A stretch of DNA of 25,849 nucleotides from Candidatus Dojkabacteria bacterium (GTDB lineage Bacteria > Patescibacteriota > Dojkabacteria > GCA-002793355), in the NCBI GenBank assembly GCA_015489555.1, contig WFZN01000028.1:1-25849 (forward strand), written 5' to 3'. Within the stretch, counting starts at the first letter, position 1. The number at the start of each line of letters is the position of its first letter. Below are positions 7,807 to 17,100 of this stretch, piece after piece. A program made the position numbers and the translations under genes. Below the pieces are notes generated by a model, which did not search any database, was not told where the DNA came from, and was given only the letters and a program-made list of their open reading frames with translations.

Positions 7807-7814
7807 AATAGGAT

Positions 7815-8354
7815 TTATAATGTAGAGGGCTGTTTGTCAGTTATTAGGATTCCTTGTAGGTGGTCGTACTCGTGCTGTACTACCCTAGCATCAAAGCTTT
7901 TTAGGGTTTGTCTTTGTCTGTTTCCGTTAATAGTTATGTAAGATATCTTTATTTTATAAGCCCGAGTAACAGGAACAGTTGTATTGGGGATGCTCAAACA
8001 CCCTTCCGTATCGGTTACCGTTTTATGACCCAAATATGAAAGTTTGGGGTTTACAAACAGTTCCCATTGATTATTAATATGGGCTACGAATGCATTCGCT
8101 AATATACCAATTTGTACCGCAGACAATCCGACGCCTTCCATCTTTACTTGGGTGGGGGCAGACATCACGGCATTGTATAATAAATTAAACAGGAGTTTTA
8201 GAATGCTACTATCGTGAGTGTTTATAGGTTTTGAGGGTGTGTGTAAGATTCTATTATGTTTAAGGTTTTTCACAGTAAGAATCCTGGGGGTATTGGCTTT
8301 TAAAAGCTTGAATTCATGGCTAAGATATGGTTTTAGGCTATCTGGTATTTGCAT
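7815..8354 (-). CDS. def: Peptide deformylase (ORF track starts at GTG 8369; ATG 8354 preferred)
   Basis: The three PDF motifs GVGLSAVQIG, EGCLSIP and QHEYDHLQG are present; TG-a-TATCAT lies 5 nt before ATG 8354. Confidence 0.96.
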   Translation of the reverse strand: MQIPDSLKPYLSHEFKLLKANTPRILTVKNLKHNRILHTPSKPINTHDSSILKLLFNLLYNAVMSAPTQVKMEGVGLSAVQIGILANAFVAHINNQWELFVNPKLSYLGHKTVTDTEGCLSIPNTTVPVTRAYKIKISYITINGNRQRQTLKSFDARVVQHEYDHLQGILITDKQPSTL

Positions 8355-8408
8355 ACTGTATGATATCACGCGTTTATTGGTTTTATCTTTGCCAGTTTTG
8401 GCTTGTAC

Positions 8409-8522
8409 AGGGCGTGGGGCGAAACGTTTTTAAGTTTCTTGGTTATACATTCCAAATCCGTTTATTTTAACACCTTGCCCGGGTTAAAGTTCCCAAAACT
8501 CTTGTGTTTCGCCCCACGCCCT
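8409..8522. repeat. 114-bp intergenic element bounded by perfect 17-bp GC-rich inverted repeats (REP/MITE-like element or structured ncRNA)
   Basis: AGGGCGTGGGGCGAAAC (8409-8425) is the exact reverse complement of GTTTCGCCCCACGCCCT (8506-8522). There is an inner hairpin, TTTAAC..CC..GG..GTTAAA, near 8466-8488. Confidence 0.8.
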
Positions 8523-8530
8523 ACATTAAT

Positions 8531-8559
8531 TTGTCAAATTTAATTGTACAGTGTATAAT
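8531..8559 (+). promoter_or_regulatory. Near-consensus sigma70 promoter of aspS
   Basis: TTGTCA (8531-8536), 17-nt spacer, TATAAT (8554-8559); ATG follows at 8570. Confidence 0.8.
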
Positions 8560-8569
8560 AGAAACACTT

Positions 8570-9904
8570 ATGGACAGGAGAGTGGTATCCCACAATCTAG
8601 AAAAATTTATCGGTAAGCGGGTTCATACACGTGGATGGCTCCATAAAGTGCGTGATATAGGCAAGATCATCTTTTTGGTGCTTCGCGATCGGGGTGGGAT
8701 ATTTCAGGTTGTGGTAGAGGCTGATAGTGAGAAAAAGAAGGTTAGGGGTTTACAGCCTGGGAGTGTCCTATACATAGAGGGGGATGTTGTTAAAACAGGG
8801 AGAGACCAACCAAGGGTTGAGTTGAAAGATCCCGATATAACGGTAAAGGTGCCTGTTACCAAGGTTCCTCCTATTAAGTATTATTTACCGGAGCTAGATG
8901 TAAATCTTGATACCGAACTTCAGTATAGGGCTCTTTCAATACGAAATCCTAAGAAGGCTTTTATATTCAAGATTCAAGCCGAGTTACTGAAAAATTTGCG
9001 TAATGCATTTGAAAAACATGAATTCGTAGAGTTTAGGCCAGCAACTCTTATGGCAACGCCATCTGAAAGCGGTGCTGACGTGTTTGAGGTGAATTTTTTT
9101 GATAAAAGGGTTGTGTATCTTGCCCAAAGCCCTCAGTTCTATAAGCAGATTATGTTGGGGGCTTTTGAGCGTGTATATTCTGTAAGTTCTGTATTTAGGG
9201 CGGAAAAGCATGATACCTCAAGGCATTTGTTAGAGATTACTCAAATAGACGGCGAATTGGCATTTATAGATGACTATATGGAAGCTGTCGATATTGCAGA
9301 AGAAATATTAAAAGAAGCAATTGTAAGTGTATACGATAACTTTGCGCATGACTTTGAGAAGTTTGGTTATCCCGTACTTGCTGGTATAGATAAGGAATGG
9401 CCAAGATTAAAAGTAAAGGAGATCTTGCACATAATTGAGAAACAAACTGGTAAGTCAGCAAACCGCGTAGAGTTGGACCTTGACCCAGAAGATGAGAAAA
9501 TTATCGGTGAATATGTCTTGAAAAAATACGGTACTCCTTTTGTTTGGGCAATAAATTTTAAGGCAGATAAAAATCCGTATACTAAAAACGATCCAAATAA
9601 TCCGGATGAATCATTGAGTTATGATTTAATTTTTGCTGGATTGGAGGTTTTGTCCGGTACGTGGCGTATTAATAATTTTGAAGAGTTGAAAAGTAGGCTG
9701 GCAAAGATAACTAAAGATATAAAACAATATGAATTCTATCTGCAGGCATTTAAATATGGTATGCCAGAAGAGGCTGGTTTTTCTTACGGTTTGGAGCGTT
9801 TAACCAAACAACTTTTTGGTTTATCAAACATAAGAGAAGCAACACTGTTTCCGACTGATTTAAAGCGCGTTGGAGGGCAGCCTATTTCAAGAATAGATAT
9901 ATAA
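8570..9904 (+). CDS. aspS: Aspartyl-tRNA synthetase, short archaeal-type, probably non-discriminating (ORF track starts at 8504; ATG 8570 preferred)
   Basis: OB fold GWLHKVRDIGKIIFLVLRD; YLAQSPQFYKQ; motif 2 FRAE...SRHL.E...IDGE; motif 3 GLERL; ~444 aa with no bacterial GAD insert. Confidence 0.9.
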   Translation: MDRRVVSHNLEKFIGKRVHTRGWLHKVRDIGKIIFLVLRDRGGIFQVVVEADSEKKKVRGLQPGSVLYIEGDVVKTGRDQPRVELKDPDITVKVPVTKVPPIKYYLPELDVNLDTELQYRALSIRNPKKAFIFKIQAELLKNLRNAFEKHEFVEFRPATLMATPSESGADVFEVNFFDKRVVYLAQSPQFYKQIMLGAFERVYSVSSVFRAEKHDTSRHLLEITQIDGELAFIDDYMEAVDIAEEILKEAIVSVYDNFAHDFEKFGYPVLAGIDKEWPRLKVKEILHIIEKQTGKSANRVELDLDPEDEKIIGEYVLKKYGTPFVWAINFKADKNPYTKNDPNNPDESLSYDLIFAGLEVLSGTWRINNFEELKSRLAKITKDIKQYEFYLQAFKYGMPEEAGFSYGLERLTKQLFGLSNIREATLFPTDLKRVGGQPISRIDI

Positions 9905-9919
9905 TATACAAGATAGTTT

Positions 9920-10741
9920 ATGGCAAAAAAATCAAAGGGCAAAAAGGACCATATTGAGATCAACTTATTTTGGGTGGTGTTTGCAATCTTTTTTGTATTC
10001 TTAGTAGTTTGGATATTTAGGCGTTTAAGTACGGGGCACTCGGTTAATATGGGTGACGTGTCACAATATATGGTAGTGCCTTCAAAATTCGATGAGGACC
10101 CTGTGCTAGGAGACATAAACAAAGCTAAGTTTCTTGTATTTGAGTATTCGGATTTTGCTTGTCCGGTATGTCAGAGGTTTAGAGTAAAAGAATTCCCAGT
10201 TATAAAGGAATATGTGCTTAAACATGGTGGAGCCTGGGTTGGTAAGTATTTTGTAGCTGTACCTTCTCACAAGATCGTAGCTGAGCCTGCTATGGTTGTA
10301 GCTACCTGTGTTAAATTGGTAGCTGGTAATAGCGTTTATTGGCAGTTTTCTCAAAAGGTCTACGAAGGGCTTTATAATAATAAGATTCCGACAATACCTC
10401 TTGACAAGTACTATAGTTATCTTGTAAAATTAGCAGAACTGCCCTTTGAACAAGAGAGCGCTGTAAATGAGTGTTTAGATAAATATGGGGGGGATCCCTC
10501 AAAAATATATAGCCAGAGCCAGGCATTCGTTGAAAAAGAAATAGGCGACACGCTGTTGCCGGCAGGATATAACGGAATAAAAAAACCCGTTAAGTTAAAG
10601 CAGGTCGGGTTAGGAACTCCTATGTTTGTAGTATGTACAAGTCTTATAGATAACCAATGCAGGGGATACCCCATACTCGGTTATAAACAGGCCGATGAAT
10701 TTATATCTGTAATAGAAAAAGTTGTAAACAGCAAAAGATAA
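9920..10741 (+). CDS. Membrane-anchored DsbA/thioredoxin-fold oxidoreductase
   Basis: N-terminal TM; EYSDFACPVC (CxxC); cis-Pro loop GTPMF. Confidence 0.88.
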   Translation: MAKKSKGKKDHIEINLFWVVFAIFFVFLVVWIFRRLSTGHSVNMGDVSQYMVVPSKFDEDPVLGDINKAKFLVFEYSDFACPVCQRFRVKEFPVIKEYVLKHGGAWVGKYFVAVPSHKIVAEPAMVVATCVKLVAGNSVYWQFSQKVYEGLYNNKIPTIPLDKYYSYLVKLAELPFEQESAVNECLDKYGGDPSKIYSQSQAFVEKEIGDTLLPAGYNGIKKPVKLKQVGLGTPMFVVCTSLIDNQCRGYPILGYKQADEFISVIEKVVNSKR

Positions 10742-10763
10742 AATAACTTAATTATTGTCAATA

Positions 10764-13700
10764 ATGAGTATCTCATACAAATCTGACCGTATTAATCTTA
10801 CGGATGTATCCTTAGATATCCCTTCTTTCCAAGGGTTTTTTGAACTTATTGAGGAGTCATATAATCGTTTTTTGAATGAAGGGCTGTGGAAGGCAATACA
10901 GTCGATAAACCCTATTACAGACACACTGGGGCGTATGTGGAGAGTCGAGTTTTTAGACTATGAGATACGAGAACCGGAACATACACTAGAAGAAGCTAGA
11001 ATGTATGATTTAACATATTCGTACCCGGTTTATGTAGACGTAAAGCTTACTAACCTGCAAAGTGGTAAGCAGCAGCGTCAAACAGTATTTTTTGGACATA
11101 TTCCTGCTTTAACGCGGGAAGGGTATTTCGTTATCCATGGTGTTATTAGAATAGTTCGCCCTCAGATTCTTAAGGCTCCGGGTATTATGTTTGAGAAGGG
11201 TAAGGTTAGTCCTAGTAATCCAAATAAGTATATTGCCAGGTTGGTACCTCAGATAGGTACCTGGTACAGCATTGAGATGAATCGTAAAAACATTGTAATG
11301 GTTTCACTTGGGCGCCAAAGCCGTAAAATATTATTTACAACGTTGTTAAGAGCTCTAAAAGGATATAACACAGCTGAAATAAAGAGACTGTTTGATGAGG
11401 TAGATAAGTGGGGATATATAGAATCTACCTTACAGATGGACAAAAATCGCTCTCAAGAAGATGCAGTATTTGAAATATATTCCAAATTAAGACCTAATGA
11501 GATGGTAACATATGATAGGGCATATCGTTTTATTAGGTCTTTGCTGTTTAGTAAGACCAGGTTTAATCTTGGTGAGGTTGGAAGGTACCAATTAAATGTA
11601 AAGCTGGGTTTAGATTTTAAAAAGGCAAGATTATATACGAAAGATTTGGTCGAAGCTGTAAAGAGATTGATTCTTATCAATAGGGGGCAGTTTCCACCTG
11701 AGGATCCATTTGACTTGTCAAATAGAAGAGTAAGAATGGTAGGGGAGTTGTTAACTGATCTTATGGTAGATGTAATGCAAAAATTTGAAAGGGCAGTAAA
11801 AGACAGAATGAGTAGATACGGAGCATCGGCAGAGGGGCTAAAACCAGCAGCTTTTGTTCCTTCTAAGATTATTACCTCCCAAATAGAGTCGTTTTTGGGT
11901 TTGAATCCTTTATCAAAATTTTTGGGCCAAAATAATATATTCGAACATATAGAGGAATTGCGCAGAATAACTGCTAAAGGGAGGGGAGGACTAACCTCTG
12001 ATAACGCCACAGCTCAGGCGCGTGATGTACATTACTCCCATTTTTCAAGATTAGGTATTGCTTCTCCAGAAGGGTTAAACGCCGGTTTAATTAGTCACCT
12101 TGCAATACTTGCTAGAGTAAATAAGTATGGTTTTATCGAGGCTCCATTTAGAAGATTAAAAAGAGAGGTAAAAAACGACGGTAAAAGCTCTTTAAACCGT
12201 ATTTTAGCGGAAGACATAGAAAATAATGGTAAAGTAATAGCTCAGAAGGGTACCTTAATAGATAAACCATTAGCCCAGAAGCTAGCAAAGCTAAAAGACA
12301 AAAAGACATTAAGGGTGTATCCTTTTGAAACCGACAAGATTGATTATCTTTCTTATCATGAAGAAACCAAATATTGGATAGGCGTTTCTACATATAAAAA
12401 GGACGAACATGGTAACTATTTGCCAGATCTGGTGCTGTTAAGACATAACGGTGAGTATCACTTTGGATCCACGGAACATATGGACTACGTAGATGTTAAA
12501 CCATGGCAGGTATGTAGTGTAGGCGAGGCTTTGATACCGTTTGTGGATAGAACATATTCCTACCGTGCCGCTGTGGGAGCAAACATGCAGAGGCAGGCTT
12601 TACCACCCGTGTTTACGGAAGCACCTTCTGTGGGAACGGGAACCGAAGAGCTCGTTGCAAGGTATAGCAGAAAAGCAATATACGCTCCTGAGGATGGGGA
12701 AGTAACATATGCGGATGCTAACTATGTGATTTTTAAAGGCAAGAGCGGTAAGAAATATGAATTTACGATAAAGAACTTTGTTCAGACTAATGACAAAGTA
12801 GCTGAGACACAAAAGGTACGTGTAAAACCCAGAACTAAGGTTAAGAAGGGGGACCTACTTGTTGATGGGCCAAGTATGCAAAATGGGGAACTTGCCCTAG
12901 GTCGTGAGATACTGGCTGCTGTAATGCCGTTTGAAGGATATAACTATGAAGATGGTTTCGCGGTTTCAGAGAGGATACTAAAGGAAGATACATTCACCAC
13001 CGTAAAGATTCATATGTTTACCCAAGACTTAAGGGAGACGTTATTGGGACCAGAGATTTTGACAGCAGATATTCCAAATGTAAACCCTAAGTTGTTACGT
13101 AATCTTACCCGTGAGGGCATAGTACGGGTCGGAGCTTTAGTTGAAGGCGGAGACATACTAGCTGGTATCATTGCTCAAAAGGCTGATAAGCAGCTTAGCC
13201 CGGAAGAACTTTTGTTACGAGCAGTTTTTGGTGAACTTAGCAAAGAGGTTAAAAACAACTCTTTACGCTTGCCGCACGGTATGAAGGGGATAGTGATTAG
13301 AACAGAGGTTTTATCACGTGAGAAGGGACACCCATTACCAGCTGGGGTAATGAAGCGGGTAAAGGTATGGGTAGCAGAGTTAAAACGAGTAGAGGTTGGT
13401 GATAAGTTCTCCGGTTTATATGGTGATAAGGGTACAGTTGCACAAATCTTTCCTGAGGAGGATATGCCTTATACGAGGGATGGTAGACCAATAGACATAG
13501 CTATTTCTCCGCTTCTTGTGAAGCGAATGAATATGGGTATCTTGCCTCAGCTTATGTACGCAAATCTAGCGCGCGCATTGGGGGTTAAATTGGTTGTGCC
13601 TCCATTTGCAAAAATCAATAAACGAAAGTTGGATGACTTGATAAACAAGGTGGATCAAGTTAAATTGTACAAGCAAGAATTATGGGATGGGCGTACAGGT

Positions 13701-14090
13701 GAAAAACTAGATAATGTTGTAACAGTTGGTTATAAGTATATGTTGCGATTAAAGCATTTGGCATCAGATAAAATGGCAGCGCGTTCAACTGGCCCGTATT
13801 CTGTGGTTACTATGCAGCCTGTAGGTGGTAAGTCTCATATGGGTGGTCAAAGATTTGGAGAAATGGAAGTTTGGGTACTTGAAGCTCATAATGCCCCATA
13901 TACTCTACAGGAGATGTTAACTATTAAATCTGATGATGTTCAGGGGAGAACCGCAGCTTACAAATCTATATTAACCGGTGAGAAGATACAGCTGCGCAAT
14001 ATCCCAGAAACTTTCTACGTGCTATTACGCGAGCTTAACTCATTGGGAATCAAGGTAGACGTTAAAAAAGAAAAGATAATAGATAAATAA
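10764..14090 (+). CDS. rpoB: RNA polymerase beta subunit (alternative start TTG 10755)
   Basis: GANMQRQA, GYNYED, VGDK...KG, RMN, ARSTGPY, GGQRFGEMEVW, LQEMLTIKSDD and PETFYVLLREL motifs. Confidence 0.97.
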   Translation: MSISYKSDRINLTDVSLDIPSFQGFFELIEESYNRFLNEGLWKAIQSINPITDTLGRMWRVEFLDYEIREPEHTLEEARMYDLTYSYPVYVDVKLTNLQSGKQQRQTVFFGHIPALTREGYFVIHGVIRIVRPQILKAPGIMFEKGKVSPSNPNKYIARLVPQIGTWYSIEMNRKNIVMVSLGRQSRKILFTTLLRALKGYNTAEIKRLFDEVDKWGYIESTLQMDKNRSQEDAVFEIYSKLRPNEMVTYDRAYRFIRSLLFSKTRFNLGEVGRYQLNVKLGLDFKKARLYTKDLVEAVKRLILINRGQFPPEDPFDLSNRRVRMVGELLTDLMVDVMQKFERAVKDRMSRYGASAEGLKPAAFVPSKIITSQIESFLGLNPLSKFLGQNNIFEHIEELRRITAKGRGGLTSDNATAQARDVHYSHFSRLGIASPEGLNAGLISHLAILARVNKYGFIEAPFRRLKREVKNDGKSSLNRILAEDIENNGKVIAQKGTLIDKPLAQKLAKLKDKKTLRVYPFETDKIDYLSYHEETKYWIGVSTYKKDEHGNYLPDLVLLRHNGEYHFGSTEHMDYVDVKPWQVCSVGEALIPFVDRTYSYRAAVGANMQRQALPPVFTEAPSVGTGTEELVARYSRKAIYAPEDGEVTYADANYVIFKGKSGKKYEFTIKNFVQTNDKVAETQKVRVKPRTKVKKGDLLVDGPSMQNGELALGREILAAVMPFEGYNYEDGFAVSERILKEDTFTTVKIHMFTQDLRETLLGPEILTADIPNVNPKLLRNLTREGIVRVGALVEGGDILAGIIAQKADKQLSPEELLLRAVFGELSKEVKNNSLRLPHGMKGIVIRTEVLSREKGHPLPAGVMKRVKVWVAELKRVEVGDKFSGLYGDKGTVAQIFPEEDMPYTRDGRPIDIAISPLLVKRMNMGILPQLMYANLARALGVKLVVPPFAKINKRKLDDLINKVDQVKLYKQELWDGRTGEKLDNVVTVGYKYMLRLKHLASDKMAARSTGPYSVVTMQPVGGKSHMGGQRFGEMEVWVLEAHNAPYTLQEMLTIKSDDVQGRTAAYKSILTGEKIQLRNIPETFYVLLRELNSLGIKVDVKKEKIIDK

Positions 14091-14112
14091 AATAAATTGG
14101 CATGGTCGCTAT

Positions 14113-17100
14113 ATGCTTAAAGAAAAAATCAGATATTTAAAATTTTTGTTGGCCTCTCCGGAGGATATCCTTAACTGGTCATATGGAGAAGTTTTAACTC
14201 CTGAAACTGTAAATTATCGTACTCAAAGACCAGAGCCAAGGGGACTCATGTGTGAGCAGATCTTTGGTCCTGTGAATGATTATGAGTGTTATTGTGGTAA
14301 GTATAAGGGGCGACGCTTCGCGGGTATTATTTGTGATCAATGTGGAGTTGAAGTAACAACCAGTAAGGTAAGAAGGCAGCGCATGGGGCACATTACTTTG
14401 GCTGCTCCTGTGGTGCATCTTTGGTATGCCTATGGTACTCCTAACAAGCTAGCTATATTGCTAGATATTCCATATCGGAAATTAATGGGGATAATTTATT
14501 ACACCTTGTATGTAGTAACCCAGGTTGACGATAAGAAACGGGAGTCTGTACTTGCCAAAATAAAAGAACTTAAAGAGTCTGCAATAAAACAGATAGAAGA
14601 TGATTTTAAGGAGCGAGAGGTTAAGTTAGCAGCCGAGATCGAATCCCTAAAAGAGGAGCTTAAGAAGGTAAAAAAACCATCCGAAGGTATAAAACTTCAG
14701 AATAAGGTTATTAAACTGAAAGCAAAGCTTGCCAATCTTAAAAGCGAAAAACATGATCAGTTAGAAGAAACTAAGGAGTATTATGATCGTCTTTATAAGC
14801 TTACTCAGAAATTGGAGTATAAAACCGTATTAACAGAGCCAGAATACAGGGATTTTGCTGACAATGGGTTGTTATTCTTTACTGCTCAAATGGGGGCGGA
14901 CGCCATTAAAAAGCTTTTACAAGATATTGATGTGGAAAAAGAACTGGCAAATTTATACGTTAGATATAACAAAGCCTCTTCCTTGGAGCGTCAGCTGTTG
15001 GAGCGAAAAATAAAGTATCTAGAGGGAGTCAAAAAGAATAACCTTAAATTAGAGTGGATGGTTTTAGAGGTATTACCCGTATTGCCAGCAGACCTTAGAC
15101 CTGTTATAGCATTGCCTGGCGGGAGGTTTGCTTCTTCTGATTTAAACGATTTGTACCGTAGAGTCATAAACCGTAATAATCGTTTGAAGAAGTTAATGGA
15201 AATGGGGGCTCCAGAGGTGATCATTCGCAATGAGCGTAGGATGTTGCAAGAAGCAGTAGACGCTTTGATTGACAACCAGCATAGAGCTATGAGGCCTGTT
15301 ACCAACAGAAGCGGTATTCCTCTTAAGTCACTAGCTGAGGGGTTAAGAGGTAAGAGGGGGCGTTTTAGAAGGAACCTATTAGGAAAACGTGTTGACTTCT
15401 CTGGACGTGGGGTTATTGTGCCAGATACCACGTTACGTTTAAATGAGGTTGGTTTGCCCAAAGACCTTGCTCTTGAGATATTTAAGCCTTTTGTAATAAG
15501 GCGTCTTATCGAAAAACGACACGCTCTTACTATAGGAGAAGCACGTGAATTAGTAGAGATACGAGAGCCAATCGTGTATGAGGTGCTAGAGGAGTTGTTG
15601 AATGAGCGTATAGTTCTGTTAAATCGGGCTCCATCTTTGCACAAATATAGTATTCAGGCGTTCTACCCAAAACTTGTGGAGGGGAGCGCCTTACGTATAA
15701 ATCAGACAGTTACTCCAGGGTTTAACGCCGACTTTGATGGAGACACCATGGCTGTTCATGCAGTGTTGACAGAGGAAGCTCTTGAGGAAACCAGAACCAG
15801 AATGCTACCTATTCATAACCTTATTAAGGCCGCTAGCGGAGAGCCAGTTATTAGTTTTGGAAGTGATTTCGTGGTAGGTATCTATCACTTAACTTATATG
15901 AGGGAGAATCTTACCGATGAAGAAAAGGAAGTTGCTCCGAAATTTGCAGACATTAAGGAAGCAATTTCGGCACACAGTCTAGGACGTATTGGGGTACAAG
16001 ACCCCGTATGGGTTGTAGTTAATGGAAAGGCTGTACTAACTACTCCGGGTAGACTTATTTTTAATAGCCTCTTTCCGAAAGAGATAGGTTTTATAAATGA
16101 GACAGTGAACAAGAAGCGACTTAATAAGATTGTTAGAGATGTAATTTTGAACTACCCGGCGGAGCAGGTAGAGACAATTTTAGATGAGTTGAAATTGATA
16201 GCTTTCCACTATGCAACAAGGTCTGGATTTTCAATAGGTGCTGATGACCTTATTGAAGTTGAAGGCCTTGACAAGATAGTATCTGAGGCCAAGGAAAAAA
16301 CAGCGTTGTTGTATCAACAGTACGAGTCAGGTTTTATAACAAAACAGCAAAGGGATGAAGCAATAGTGGATGTATGGAGGACGGCAGCAGATAAGGTATC
16401 TGAGATCGTTTGGGAAAAGGTACCTGATACTAACAACTTAAAGCGACAGGTTATTAGCGGCGCAAAGGGTAACGAGGCACAGCTTGGGCAGATACTAGGG
16501 ATAATTGGAGTGGTTAACGATATCTCCGGTTCTGCTGTTCCGACTCCGGTTATAGGTTCCTATAGTAGGGGACTTAGCCCTATGGAATACATGATTGCTG
16601 CAAAAGGCGGGCGAAAGGGAATGTTAGATACAGCGTTAAATACGAGAAAAGCAGGATATCTTACTCGTAAATTGGTTGAAGTATCACAACCCGTTATAGT
16701 ACGTTATGAAGACTGTGGGTATGACGGTAAGGGAATTCGTATAGCGCGCGATCAAGTAAGGGAGCTTGGTTTTGGTGATAGACTAATTGGGCGTACTGTA
16801 ACTCACGATGTAGTTGATCCTAAAACTGGGAAGGTCTTGGTAAAGAAAAATGAGATGATCTCAAGGGAGATAGCTCAAAGGATTGATAAGATTGAAGAGA
16901 TTAAGGAGATTTGGGTAAGATCACCGCTAACTTGTCAGGGGTACGCCGGGGTATGTAGGAAGTGTTATGGTTACGATCTTGGGAAGTATGCTCCGGTTGA
17001 TTTGGGAGCTGCGGTAGGTGTACTGGCTGCTCAGTCAGTTAGTGAACCTGCTACACAGCTTACATTACGAACTTTCCATTCTGGAGGTGTAGGTAAAGAC

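Noticed and set aside
8409-8522. T-box leader or SRP RNA as the identity of the inverted-repeat element
   Set aside because: It lies upstream of the aspS promoter, has no T-box antiterminator sequence, and lacks the SRP CAGG...GGAA...AGCAG helix on either strand.
8504-8569. N-terminal extension of aspS in the ORF track
   Set aside because: It runs through the inverted repeat and the consensus promoter; homology begins at M23 (8570).
11453-12010. 185-aa antisense ORF inside rpoB
   Set aside because: It is fully opposite a conserved gene, has no motif, and is the expected stop-poor mirror frame.
14991-15644. 217-aa antisense ORF inside rpoC
   Set aside because: A mirror-frame shadow of a highly conserved region, with no independent coding evidence.
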